From contig CM000432.1 of the NCBI GenBank assembly GCA_000165345.1, forward strand, positions 576,001 to 640,000: DNA of 64,000 nucleotides. Direction: 5' to 3'. Positions 18,844 through 29,067 of this stretch are shown in pieces. The notes below the pieces were generated by a model, which was not told the origin of the DNA, searched no databases, and saw only the letters and a program-made list of their open reading frames with translations. A program made the position numbers and the translations under genes. Position 1 is the first letter of the stretch, and the number at the start of each line of letters is the position of its first letter.

Positions 18844-20340
18844 ATGGAGAGAATAACTCTTGTTTCAAATCATAATGGCATATATTCTTTTGATAGAAAT
18901 ACTGGGACTGTATCGCAAACATTCAAGGATTGTAATGCATCCAAGTTTAGTGTTTCCTTTATAGGTAATTCTACAAAATATCTTGCTGGCTTCCAAACAA
19001 ACAAATCAACTTTACACATATGGAGCAATAAAAGCGATCCAATTTACAGAGTCTCAGTTCCTGAAATAATAAAATGCTGCGAATTTCAAGATGACGGTGG
19101 TATTGTTTATGCAGGTGGTCTTTCAGGAACCGTTTACATTTGGGTAATAACCACAGGGCAGCTTTTAAATTGCTGGCTTCCGCATTATAAACCTATAAAT
19201 AAAATAAAGCTGGTACAAGGCAATTCAATATTGGTTACATGTAGTGATGATTGCTATATACAAGCATTTCTGACTAGTGAATTGCTTGAAAGCAACAACT
19301 CCTTAACTTTTCCAAAACCACTCATTAAATGGAATGCTCACTCTGCTTCAATAAATGATTTCTTTCCCTTAAATTTGACAAACAGCTTTTCGGATATATC
19401 TATTATTTCCATTGGAGGAGACTTTTCATTAAGCTTTCTTACATTCAGATCTGAAAAACCCTTAGCAAACCTAAATTTCTCGACTCAATTATGCTCTTGT
19501 ACTTCCTCAGAATGTGGTAAATTAGTTTTCATAGGAGGCGGAAATGGCATAATTTATAAAATATATTATGACAGTATACCTACTCTAAATAGTCGTATTT
19601 CCAAGTTATTTGGTCATTCTGGGCCTGTTAAAGCTTGCATTTGCTCTAAAGATAAAATATTTTCATCCGCAAATGATGGAGTAAGAATTTGGGATATAAT
19701 AACGGGGTCATGCATCGCTCAACTACCTCAATTTGGAGATGGTATACTGTCTATTTTAAATACTAATTTGTCAATCAGTTATTTATCTTTATCGATTCCT
19801 ATTTTCAAACCTTTACAAAGGAATATTTCTAAGTATTCTAATGTAATTGGGGTTAATATTCCAACTAAAGATAGGAGAACAGACATAAAAAATGAAATTT
19901 ATCATCTTTCAAACAGAATAGATGCTATTTCTTATTTAAATACGTCTTTGCTAACTTTTAATGGCATTTCTAAAAAGCGTTTAAGCCAAATGAATACAAT
20001 GAAAGATAGTACCTTTACAAGTGAGTATAATAACATGATCAAACTTGCAGTTGAAAAATGCATTTCTCTGGAATCATCAAAGTTGAGATCAAATTGTAGT
20101 ATCCATGATAATAACTTTGAGCTTTTGAGAACTTGTACTATTCCCTATTCCAAGTTTAAAGAAGTTAAAACTATAAAAGCTGAAGAAGAAAAAAAAGTAC
20201 AAGTCGCAAGTCAAAATTTTAAAAATCTACCAAAAATTAAGTATAAATTTATCAAGAGCTGTAGTATAGGTAAATTTTCCAGAAAGCAATACTTAAGAAT
20301 GTTACTTCGAAAAAAATATCTAAAACTCTCTAGACATTAA
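18844..20340 (+). CDS. WD40-repeat protein of the WDR18/Ipi3 (rixosome, pre-rRNA processing) family
   Basis: The N-terminal block STLHIWSNKSD...GIVYAGGLSGTVYIWVITTGQLLNCWLPHYKPINKIKLVQGNSILVTCSDDCYIQAF aligns with human WDR18 (NYISAWELQ...[57 protein letters not shown]). A further WD repeat (SSANDGVRIWDIITG) follows. Confidence 0.65.
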   Translation: MERITLVSNHNGIYSFDRNTGTVSQTFKDCNASKFSVSFIGNSTKYLAGFQTNKSTLHIWSNKSDPIYRVSVPEIIKCCEFQDDGGIVYAGGLSGTVYIWVITTGQLLNCWLPHYKPINKIKLVQGNSILVTCSDDCYIQAFLTSELLESNNSLTFPKPLIKWNAHSASINDFFPLNLTNSFSDISIISIGGDFSLSFLTFRSEKPLANLNFSTQLCSCTSSECGKLVFIGGGNGIIYKIYYDSIPTLNSRISKLFGHSGPVKACICSKDKIFSSANDGVRIWDIITGSCIAQLPQFGDGILSILNTNLSISYLSLSIPIFKPLQRNISKYSNVIGVNIPTKDRRTDIKNEIYHLSNRIDAISYLNTSLLTFNGISKKRLSQMNTMKDSTFTSEYNNMIKLAVEKCISLESSKLRSNCSIHDNNFELLRTCTIPYSKFKEVKTIKAEEEKKVQVASQNFKNLPKIKYKFIKSCSIGKFSRKQYLRMLLRKKYLKLSRH

Positions 20341-20361
20341 ACAAATTACCTCCAAACGTGA

Positions 20362-20435
20362 GCTTCCGTGGCTTAGTCGGTTATAGCATTCGGCTGTTAA
20401 CCGAAGGGTCGACGGTTCGATTCCGTCCGGGAGCG
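20362..20435 (+). tRNA. tRNA-Asn (anticodon GTT)
   Basis: 74-nt cloverleaf with acceptor GCTTCCG/CGGGAGC, D-arm GCTTAGTCGGTTATAGC, anticodon loop CTGTTAA and T-arm GACGGTTCGATTCCGTC. Overall form matches eukaryotic tRNA-Asn-GTT. Followed directly by a T9 run. Confidence 0.9.
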
Positions 20436-20444
20436 TTTTTTTTT
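20436..20444 (+). terminator. Pol III oligo(dT) terminator of tRNA-Asn
   Basis: T9 run immediately after the discriminator base. Confidence 0.7.
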
Positions 20445-20651
20445 AGCCAAAAATTTTAATTTTTATTTTTTGTTTTTTGGAATCTATGTTAAATTTTTGT
20501 TAACAATAATAAATTGGAGGAATTTATTGATTTTAAAAAGGGTTTATGATTTCAAAATTTCAGTTTTTAACCCCTCGCATCCGTTTTAATACTTAGATTT
20601 GGGGGGATTCAAATAATTTTTTTTGAAATAAAATAACTAACATGCTAATTT

Positions 20652-23096
20652 ATGTTGGTTAATGAGCAATCAAAAAAAATAAATGATAGACTTGGTAGCT
20701 TGCCTTATAACTGGAAAATAATGAGTGATGCTCCTGAACTTTTTAATTTACCCACCAATAAATATGAAGAGTTAGGAAAATTAAATAAATCAACCTTGAG
20801 AAAGAAAAATCAACTTTGTTCAAATATTAATGTAAATAAAGCAGACCACTCAAAGGCTTTCGTTCAAGAAAATAAGAATATTGTCTCTCAGCTATCCAAA
20901 GCTATGAATAAAGATCATTCTAATGAATATGAGCAGCCGATAATTGAAGGCTGGCTACACAAATGGACTAATATGGTAAACACCTGGAAACCGAGGTATT
21001 TTAGACTTTACCCCGGAATTTTATGTTATATAAAGGGTTCAAAAATCAGGAAAATTAATATACCAAACAAATCTTGCTACATCGATATTTATTCGAGTAA
21101 ATGTAATCGAATTTCGCTGAGATATCCCAGTGATTCAAATAGTGACTTGCATTTGAAAGCATGTTCACTCGAATCAAAACTTGCTTGGATAAATTCTCTA
21201 ATTTATTCTATGAATGCAAAAGCACTTTTTGGGAAAGAATTGTTTTTTAACAAAATAAATTCTCATAATTCATCTATTTCGTATAAAGATTCACTTAACA
21301 TTCGTAACATTCCTTTTTTAACGAATTTATTATATGAACTAATAAAAACAAGAAATTTGATTTTAGACGAAATTTCAGAAAAGAGAGTTAAATCTAGCAA
21401 AAATAACATCACCAAATATTTCGACAAATTAATTGATACGGTTTTCGAGAAAACATGCAATATTAATTTAGTTAAACTTCATGAATGCGATATTTATTCA
21501 TCGCTATTCAGTTTAATAAATACAGAAGAGGATATTGGAAAAATTAGTATTAAAAGCAATAGAGACTTACACGCCTCTGAATCGACTGAAGAAATATTTT
21601 ATGATGCTTTTTCAGATTTTGAAAATGATACTGAATCAGAGAAAATATTGAATACTCCCAATATCTTTCCTAAAAAAGATGAATGCTATTGTTGTTTTTG
21701 GAAAAAGAACCCATATAAATATCGTATGACTTTACCGTTTCTTCAACAAAAGCCACGCTTTAATTTGTGGGCATCCATAAAGGAATCTATAACGAAGGAT
21801 ATTTCACGAATAACAATTCCAATTCAGTTCAATGAACCAACATCATTATTACAACGGCTTGCAGAAGATTTTAGGTATTCGTCTATACTAGAGAATGCGT
21901 CCCTTTACGATTCTAGTATAGATCGTCTTCGTGAAATAACTATATTTTCTATTACTCCTTATGTATCTTCAATTGGGAGGATATTTAAACCATTCAACCC
22001 TTTGCTTGGCGAAACTTTCGAATTTTCTCATCGAGGTTTTAGATTTATTGCCGAACAAGTAGGCCACCATCCTCCTACTACAGCATTTTATGTTGAGCAT
22101 CATCCAACGAATATTAATGACAAAATTCCAAAAATTGGGCATACAAATAATCCCTTGTATTCAGTTTGGGGACAAGTTGGAAATAAATCTCGTTTTACAG
22201 GCCAAAGCTTAGAGCTTACTGTTATAGGAAATGTTAATGTAATACTGAATGATAAAGGTGATAATTACACCTTTAACCGACCGAAATTACTCATTCACAA
22301 TATAATATTTGGTAAACTTTGGATAGAAATTGTGGGAATTAGCACTATAATAAATCGAAAAACTTTAGAATTTTCATTAATTGAATATCAGAAAGGTGGA
22401 TGGTTTAGTAATGATTTGTTTAATATTAAAGGACTTGTGTTTAATAAGTATGGAAAACCAATCTATAAAATAGGAGGGAAATGGGACACTAAGATTTGGT
22501 ATGAATCTTGTAAATTTGATCAAGAGTTTACTAAAGAAAATATCTTCATTAAATCAAACTTAGAGTCAGAAAAGGTAATTAAACAGAGAGAAAATTATAA
22601 ACTCTACGGGGAATCAGTTGAGACAAGTTCAAATATAATTCCTACAAGTTGTTTATATTTACTGTCAATTTGGGATAAAATCGAATCTATCCCTTCAACT
22701 CGCAAGACAGCATGGGTAGCCGAAGCTAAGCCCTTCCAGAGCGAAAAATTCTTTGGGTTCGCTGAAATGACATTTGAACTCAACGAAATTTCACCACAGT
22801 ATGATATTAATATACCTGGTGTAAATATGCCTTGTACTGACTCTAGGTACAGGCCAGATCAGAGAGCATATGAAAATGGACATATTGAGTGGGCAGTTAA
22901 AGAGAAGAGAAGGCTCGAGGAAAAGCAAAGAGCAAGCGCAAAAAAAAGGTTAAATGGCGAAGCTGATTATTCTCCAAAATGGTTTTTCAAGGAATTAGAT
23001 GATTCTACCGGAAAATTTAATTGGAAATTCAATCATAAATACTGGGCTCATAAAGACCAGCAAATCGAATTTACAGATTTACCAAATATTTTTTGA
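20652..23096 (+). CDS. oxysterol-binding protein-related protein (PH domain plus OSBP ligand-binding domain)
   Basis: N-terminal PH-like segment EGWLHKWTNMVNTWKPRYFRLYPGILCYIKG. OSBP fingerprint EQVGHHPPTTAFYVEHH (canonical EQVSHHPP) with flanking KPFNPLLGETFE. Confidence 0.9.
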   Translation: MLVNEQSKKINDRLGSLPYNWKIMSDAPELFNLPTNKYEELGKLNKSTLRKKNQLCSNINVNKADHSKAFVQENKNIVSQLSKAMNKDHSNEYEQPIIEGWLHKWTNMVNTWKPRYFRLYPGILCYIKGSKIRKINIPNKSCYIDIYSSKCNRISLRYPSDSNSDLHLKACSLESKLAWINSLIYSMNAKALFGKELFFNKINSHNSSISYKDSLNIRNIPFLTNLLYELIKTRNLILDEISEKRVKSSKNNITKYFDKLIDTVFEKTCNINLVKLHECDIYSSLFSLINTEEDIGKISIKSNRDLHASESTEEIFYDAFSDFENDTESEKILNTPNIFPKKDECYCCFWKKNPYKYRMTLPFLQQKPRFNLWASIKESITKDISRITIPIQFNEPTSLLQRLAEDFRYSSILENASLYDSSIDRLREITIFSITPYVSSIGRIFKPFNPLLGETFEFSHRGFRFIAEQVGHHPPTTAFYVEHHPTNINDKIPKIGHTNNPLYSVWGQVGNKSRFTGQSLELTVIGNVNVILNDKGDNYTFNRPKLLIHNIIFGKLWIEIVGISTIINRKTLEFSLIEYQKGGWFSNDLFNIKGLVFNKYGKPIYKIGGKWDTKIWYESCKFDQEFTKENIFIKSNLESEKVIKQRENYKLYGESVETSSNIIPTSCLYLLSIWDKIESIPSTRKTAWVAEAKPFQSEKFFGFAEMTFELNEISPQYDINIPGVNMPCTDSRYRPDQRAYENGHIEWAVKEKRRLEEKQRASAKKRLNGEADYSPKWFFKELDDSTGKFNWKFNHKYWAHKDQQIEFTDLPNIF

Positions 23097-23112
23097 TAAA
23101 TGAGGAGGGGCA

Positions 23113-24159
23113 TCACTCATAAAGTCGTGTATAAGTATTATTTACGTATTGCATAATACTTTCAGAGTCATCAGTGAACAAACCATCTGCTTTTAAAGTT
23201 TTAATAAAATAGTCGTATTCTTCGTAAATATCTTTGAAGTACGACAATATAGACTCCGGTCTAAATGTATACGGTACAACAATTAGACCAAGTTCATGTG
23301 CTTTAGAAACGAAGTGACTTGAGCTAGGCAAAGTATTATTTGAAGTGCTAGTTCGATCGATCAAGTCCTCTTTATAAGGAGATACAACATTTGCAAATTT
23401 CGAAATGTACTCTATATCGCAAGTCACATATTTCATTTGTCCACCATTTTCCACATCTTCAATTGCATATACAAAGTTGTTTTCACTATCTCTAGTTAAA
23501 AGTTGTACCAAATTTACCTCACTCCTAGCGCGTATATATTCTAAATTAGATGGCTCAAAACTTTGAATATAAACTGCATCAGTCTTTTTATTAATGCCAA
23601 ATCTATCCAATGCATCTAGTAATTTATCAGTAATGTTGTCAATTCCTTTTCTCTCATGTAAAGTGGGATATTTAATCTCAATATATAATCCGGGGAAATT
23701 GCCATCGAACCCAGAAACACTAAACTTCAGGAACTCATCTAGTGTAAGTATATCATATATTCCATTTAGACTTGGATTTCTGTTATTGTACTTCTTTTCA
23801 TGAGTGCATTTGATTCTTTTGATTTCTTCATATGTAAGATCCCATGAAAATATACCCGTGATTGCATCATTACTGTTATTATCATAAAGGATTTCTGTTC
23901 TCCTGAGGTGACTAAATTCGATCAAATCATCGATATTTGTAGACTCGGATAAGTTCGGGCTGTGCCTCAAAATCAATACACCATCTTTAGTTGAGACGAC
24001 ATCACATTCAATAAAATTCACTCCATGTTTTGCTGCAAGAGAATATGCAGCTAAGGATTCTTCTGGCACGAAATAAGATGCGCCTCTATGAGCAACTAAA
24101 TGAAGACTTGCTTTTGCCCTCACCATCATGTAGAAAATAATTAAATAAATACCAGGCAT
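23113..24159 (-). CDS. glycerophosphodiester phosphodiesterase (GDPD family), secreted
   Basis: HRGASYFVPEESLAAYSLAAKHGVNFIECDVVSTKDGVLILRHSPNL matches the GP-PDE signature (HRG...PENT...E.D......DG..V..HD). N-terminal signal peptide MPGIYLIIFYMMVRAKAS. ATG at 24157-24159. Confidence 0.85.
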   Translation of the reverse strand: MPGIYLIIFYMMVRAKASLHLVAHRGASYFVPEESLAAYSLAAKHGVNFIECDVVSTKDGVLILRHSPNLSESTNIDDLIEFSHLRRTEILYDNNSNDAITGIFSWDLTYEEIKRIKCTHEKKYNNRNPSLNGIYDILTLDEFLKFSVSGFDGNFPGLYIEIKYPTLHERKGIDNITDKLLDALDRFGINKKTDAVYIQSFEPSNLEYIRARSEVNLVQLLTRDSENNFVYAIEDVENGGQMKYVTCDIEYISKFANVVSPYKEDLIDRTSTSNNTLPSSSHFVSKAHELGLIVVPYTFRPESILSYFKDIYEEYDYFIKTLKADGLFTDDSESIMQYVNNTYTRLYE

Positions 24160-24338
24160 TTAAAGTATTGAAAAAACTATCAGCTAAGGTTTGCGCCAGG
24201 AGTTGAAAAAAAAATAATAAATAAATTAGAATAAATTAGAATAATTTGGTTAAAGTTAAAAACAAAATTATTATCATCTCAAACAATCAAGTGGCCAATC
24301 TAAACCTTACAGCAATAACGTCTTATTACAAATAGTGG

Positions 24339-25376
24339 CTACTTTTTAGAATATCCGTTCGGATTGTTAAATTGCCAATCATAAGCAGACTTACACGCAT
24401 CAAAAATACTGTGTTTCGCCTTCCACCCTAGCTCCTTCTCTGCTTTTGATGGATCAGCAATTACACTTGCCAAATCTCCAGGACGCCTATTTATTATTTC
24501 ATAAGGAATTTGTTTCCCGCTAGCATTTTCAAAATTTTTAACCATTTCTAGTACGGAAATCCCGCTTCCACAACCCAAATTATAAATATCTAGAGTTTTG
24601 TCCGTGTTACTTAAATTCAATAATTTTTCGAGAGCCTTGACATGTCCATTTGCTAGATCAGTTACATGGATATAGTCTCTTACTCCTGTTCCATCCCGAG
24701 TTGGCCAGTCATTGCCGAAAACGAACAATTTCTCTTTTCTTCCAATTGATACAAGTTGTATATATGGAAGTAGGTTATTCGGCTCTTCTGGGTCTTCACC
24801 TATTAAGGAAGACGGATGGCAGCCAACGGGATTGAAGTACCTTAGTATTGAAAATTTTGTATTTTTGGATGCATTGTAAATATCTTTCATCATAAGTTCT
24901 ATCATGAACTTTGTTTGGCCATATGGGTTTGATGCCCCTAATGGGTCAGTTTCCAAAAGAGGCGTAGATTTTGGTAAATAAACTGTTGCACTTGAGGAAA
25001 ATACTAAAATATTGCAATTAGCTTCTTTCATCACCTCTAGTAATCTAATAGTTCCAACAACATTATTTTCGTAGTATTCTAATGGTTGGGAAACTGAAAC
25101 TCCAACAGCCTTAAGTCCTGCAAAGTGAATCACAGCATTGTACCTCTCTTTCAAAAACAAATCTAACATCCTTTCTTTATCTCTAATATCAATTTCAAAG
25201 AAAGGAACCTTAACTTTGGTGATTTTTTCAATCCTGTTTACAACTTCGGGGTCTGAATTTGAAAAATTATCTAGTATATGAACAGAATAACCCTCTTCAA
25301 TAAGAGCTATTACGGTATGACTACCTATGTAGCCGGCTCCACCTGTACATAAAATTTTTATCTCGCTTTTACTCAT
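24339..25376 (-). CDS. GALE: UDP-glucose 4-epimerase (GalE, SDR family)
   Basis: Rossmann motif ILCTGGAGYIGSH, catalytic YxxxK (YGQTK) and full-length collinearity with GalE (345 aa). ATG at 25374-25376. Confidence 0.9.
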   Translation of the reverse strand: MSKSEIKILCTGGAGYIGSHTVIALIEEGYSVHILDNFSNSDPEVVNRIEKITKVKVPFFEIDIRDKERMLDLFLKERYNAVIHFAGLKAVGVSVSQPLEYYENNVVGTIRLLEVMKEANCNILVFSSSATVYLPKSTPLLETDPLGASNPYGQTKFMIELMMKDIYNASKNTKFSILRYFNPVGCHPSSLIGEDPEEPNNLLPYIQLVSIGRKEKLFVFGNDWPTRDGTGVRDYIHVTDLANGHVKALEKLLNLSNTDKTLDIYNLGCGSGISVLEMVKNFENASGKQIPYEIINRRPGDLASVIADPSKAEKELGWKAKHSIFDACKSAYDWQFNNPNGYSKK

Positions 25377-25655
25377 TTTTTAGAATATAGTGAAAAATAT
25401 TTGTGTGCGCTGTGGTATGCATAATATTTTTTTCGCATTGTCTGCGAATACATCATTTTCCCTAAACATGCTCGAAAAAAAAAAATCTGAATTTTATTTT
25501 GTGATGAAGAGTAAACTTCGAACTAATTAAAAATTAAGAACAAAGAAACTTCATTTAATATTTTTGGAATGATATTAATAAATATCTCAAAAATAAGATA
25601 ATTTTAAGAAAAGTTTTAATATGAATTAAAAATTCATTCTAAAAGCTTCTCAAAG

Positions 25656-26339
25656 ATGATTAATAAGGAGAAAAGAATTGATCAGGAAAGGATATTTTTA
25701 GATAGCTTTGACTATTCAGAGCTAGAAAAAGCCGACCCAACACTATCAGGCGGTTTTAATGTTGTATATAGAAGAACTTGCCCTGTTGAAATTAGATTAA
25801 TAGATTCAGACGATGTGGAAGAAATTGGAACAACAGAGAATATTAATTTTAGGGTAATGATAAAAGGAGCGAAGTCGCTCCCTGACACTATAAGATTTGA
25901 AATAACATGCGATAATGATCTTTTTCTTTTTTACACACGCGATTTTTCAGCCTCAGATTTTAACGAGCTGAAGGTTGTGCAAAATCTTGTCTGTGATTAT
26001 AGCGACTTCACAGAAACATTTTGCAGAATAGTAAATAATACTATCCAAGATCAATTGGGATGTTTTGCAAAGTTTTGCCTCAGAGTTGATGGAAGTGCAA
26101 AGTTAACTTTTATTCAAGTTATGGAATATAAATTTTTAGAACTGCTTTCCATTGACTTTCAGCAGACTCCAGAAGAAATAATAAGAAACTCGATTTCTTT
26201 TAGATACTCCTTTATGAAAAGTAAAGTTGCATTAATGGAAGGAAGGTTCTTAGAAATTTCAAATCTGTTAAGCATCAGAAATCCAAATTTATTACATTAT
26301 TTACAGAAAAATTCAAATTGTATTAGAAACAAGTATTAG
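25656..26339 (+). CDS. SAS-6 N-terminal head-domain protein without coiled-coil tail (SAS6-like, SAS6L)
   Basis: IRFEITCDNDLFLFYTRDFSASDFNELKVVQNLVCDYSDFTETFCRIV aligns with the human SAS-6 head ([46 protein letters not shown]). The ORF is 227 aa with a stop at 26339, and the next gene is on the opposite strand, so no long coiled coil is encoded. Confidence 0.65.
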   Translation: MINKEKRIDQERIFLDSFDYSELEKADPTLSGGFNVVYRRTCPVEIRLIDSDDVEEIGTTENINFRVMIKGAKSLPDTIRFEITCDNDLFLFYTRDFSASDFNELKVVQNLVCDYSDFTETFCRIVNNTIQDQLGCFAKFCLRVDGSAKLTFIQVMEYKFLELLSIDFQQTPEEIIRNSISFRYSFMKSKVALMEGRFLEISNLLSIRNPNLLHYLQKNSNCIRNKY

Positions 26340-26365
26340 AGTTGCTTGACTAATTAAATAATTCT

Positions 26366-27340
26366 CTATCTCCCCTTTTTGTATATTCCAGTATTTATAT
26401 CAATTATGTCTTTTTTAATACAGTCAACTACAGTTCTGTTTACTTCAAGAGATACATTACATGTTCTAGAGAGCAAATATTCAATTGAAAATTCAACAAA
26501 TGCACTGCTGGTTCCTATAGAATTTAGAAATACATTTAGATTCTCATCGCCTTGCAATCTTAAATTTGAAAATGAATCCAAAAAATCAAAATTGAAGTCT
26601 TCCTCTGGCTCTTTAGTTTCAAAGAGTTTTTCATCTAAAATTTCTTCAAACATTAGTGGAATACCTTTATTATTAATGGCGCTATCGTGTATTTTGGATC
26701 TAACTTGCGAATAGACTTCTTGTAGACTTTTTTCTTGAAAATCGTTGGAAAAAATGTGTTTAAAGTCATGCTCAACTAGTAAATATATTTCTCTCCTACT
26801 CAAATCATTTATAATAAATTCAGAAGCCTCATCAACAGCATAATACTTAACATAACTCAATAGTTTATTATAGTATAAATTTGCTCGTTTAATCCTTTCT
26901 CTGCCCATATCTCGAGCAGATTCAATCCGCTCAAATAAATCTTTGGAAGTTAGTTTTTTCTCTTGAATTTCCAATTTTTCTTCTGATTTTTTTCGTCTAA
27001 AAAAATTTTTATTTGGTCTGGAATAATTAAATATACGCTTTAAATTAATAATTTCTCCGCCTTCAAATTCATTTTTCATCGAGCGTAATTGAAGCCTGTT
27101 ACTTAAGTGAGCAATATTTATATGAGAATCTTTGTCATCATTTATGTCGGAATTTTCAAATACGAATTTTTCATTGACTTTTTTAGTTGATGAAGTACAA
27201 TTAATACTATTCCGTTTATTATTTAACTGATCAGATTTACTTAGTATCTTACCCCTAAATATTTTAATCATATCATTAAAATTTTTCCTTTGGTTACTTT
27301 TAAATATGTATGCATCATTATTCTCGAGTGACTCTGACAT
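26366..27340 (-). CDS. hypothetical basic/acidic low-complexity protein (324 aa)
   Basis: ATG at 27338-27340 and a long stop-free ORF. Lys/Arg-rich N-half and an acidic C-half. No family recognised. Confidence 0.45.
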   Translation of the reverse strand: MSESLENNDAYIFKSNQRKNFNDMIKIFRGKILSKSDQLNNKRNSINCTSSTKKVNEKFVFENSDINDDKDSHINIAHLSNRLQLRSMKNEFEGGEIINLKRIFNYSRPNKNFFRRKKSEEKLEIQEKKLTSKDLFERIESARDMGRERIKRANLYYNKLLSYVKYYAVDEASEFIINDLSRREIYLLVEHDFKHIFSNDFQEKSLQEVYSQVRSKIHDSAINNKGIPLMFEEILDEKLFETKEPEEDFNFDFLDSFSNLRLQGDENLNVFLNSIGTSSAFVEFSIEYLLSRTCNVSLEVNRTVVDCIKKDIIDINTGIYKKGR

Positions 27341-27717
27341 TTCAAGTTAAATTTTTTTTTTTTTTTTACCTTAAAATATTCCCGGCAAAGTTTTGTTCGC
27401 AGTAATAAATATTTTTTTCAAAATATTTTAAAAATCAGAAGAAAGATAAAATATTGGCAAAATGACATGAATTACAACGTAAACTTATTATAACAAGAGT
27501 AAAAAACTTCAAAACATTTTATTACGCATTAAACAAACGTCTTGAAAACATAATTCTTAATTCTATATTTCTAATGTTTGTTTGCTACATGAAATGTTAG
27601 GCAAAAGATTTAGAATTTCTTCGTATGAAGTATATTATTTTAAAGAATTTTTTTTTTTTTTTTGAATACATCACTTTTCCCTAATTAGCGCCAGTAGAGT
27701 TCATTTTTCTCTACTTT

Positions 27718-28963
27718 ATGACAATGGTGCAGCCCAAAAAGAAATTTAGAAAAATCAAATTACAAGATGAAAATTATGTTTGGAAAAGAGGATCTATTGA
27801 AAGGAATATTGATGATAGTTTAAATTCTGGTAAATTATTTACTTTTGATACTAAGATACTTTTTAATTCACGAAGTAACTTGGATCGTAAGAAAAAAAAC
27901 TGTGATACTATTAAAAAAAGATGCAAGCTTAAGTATTTTAACAAGGATGGTGCTGATGCAAGTATGTCTAAGCGGCCTTTGAAGAAGGTTCGTAACCTCA
28001 ATCCAAATGAACTCGATATTTGGGGAAGCTCAGTTTCAACTTCGAAAAGTGTAAACAGTGGAATGAATTATCCAGGCGAACTTTTAAGGATCAAAGGTCC
28101 TTCTATTCAAATGCCTCATTCCGGTCAATCAATCAATCCATCAGAGCCTGATAGGCAAGATGCGTTACTTAGATCATCTTCCGTTTTAAACATAAACACT
28201 AATAGTAGAAATAATGCCTTTCCTGCTTCTTTAGTTAATTCATTTATTTCAAGTTACTATGAATCTGATGAAGTTATAAAACTAACAGAGCCACAAAAAT
28301 ATCACTTGGTAAATTCTTTGTTGAATGGTAAAGTTTTGGGTCTTGACTCTATTGGTGATTTAGAATTAGTCAGTGATACTAAAGATGAAATAGATAATAA
28401 TTCATATTCTCGTCAACAAAACAATGGGATTAGAAAAAAAAAATCTGAGATAAATAAAGAAATCCGAAGAAAAAAAGAACTTATGTTTAACAAGGAAAAG
28501 ACAAGAATCAAGAAACTAAACAAAGACGTTCAAAATATGGGTAAGTATAAATAATTTATTTTCTCAATTAATATGCTTTTTTTTAGATATGTTAATTCAA
28601 GATATCGACGAATTTAACTGTAATCTAGAGAACAGAAGGATTTATTTGACGATTCTAAAAGAGCAAATAGAATCTGCAAGAAGATTGGGAGTTTTGTCAA
28701 AGATTAAAATAGGAAGGAACGCCCATAAGGAAAATCCAATTGGAGCTTTGTCGGAAGTTGATATTCAATCAAGTAACGGGTCTTTAAGAAAGTTGCGCAT
28801 AGAAGATAAATCGTTTTCTAGAGATATTGTTTCTAATATTTATAGGAGGGGCTTAATAGAGATTCCACCTGCCAACGATGCTTTCTATGGCAGAAGATTA
28901 CAAAAACTCCTCAGGAGGAAAAGAAGGTCGAAAAAAATTGCTAAAAAGGTTCGGTTTTTTTAA
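27718..28963 (+). CDS. Nop53/GLTSCR2-family ribosome biogenesis protein; two exons (27718..28540 and 28587..28963)
   Basis: Track ORFs 27718..28554 and 28589..28963 join in frame through a 46-nt intron (GTAAGT at 28541...ttttttttag ending 28586; phase 1 giving ...VQNM-D-MLIQ...). N-terminal KKKFRKIKLQDENYVWKRGSIERNIDDSLNSGKLFTFDT resembles the Nop53 N-terminus (RKGKKAWRKNIDLSDVE...ALFHVD). C-terminal SLRKLR...RRG...KRR basic tail resembles Nop53 (SDSLRKLKPEGN...). Confidence 0.55.
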
Positions 28964-29067
28964 CTAGATTTTTTTTATTACGAAATACAAGCGCTAATTT
29001 TTCTGCTTGAATAATTTTTATTTTTCAATATTTGTGAGCATTTTATTTATTTTATTAAGTTTTATGT

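Noticed and set aside
24215-24250. Short tandem duplication ataaattag-aataaattag-aataatttgg in the spacer between the GDPD and GalE genes
   Set aside because: Only about two copies of an about 10-nt AT-rich unit, typical microsatellite-like slippage in AT-rich spacer. No further structure was seen.
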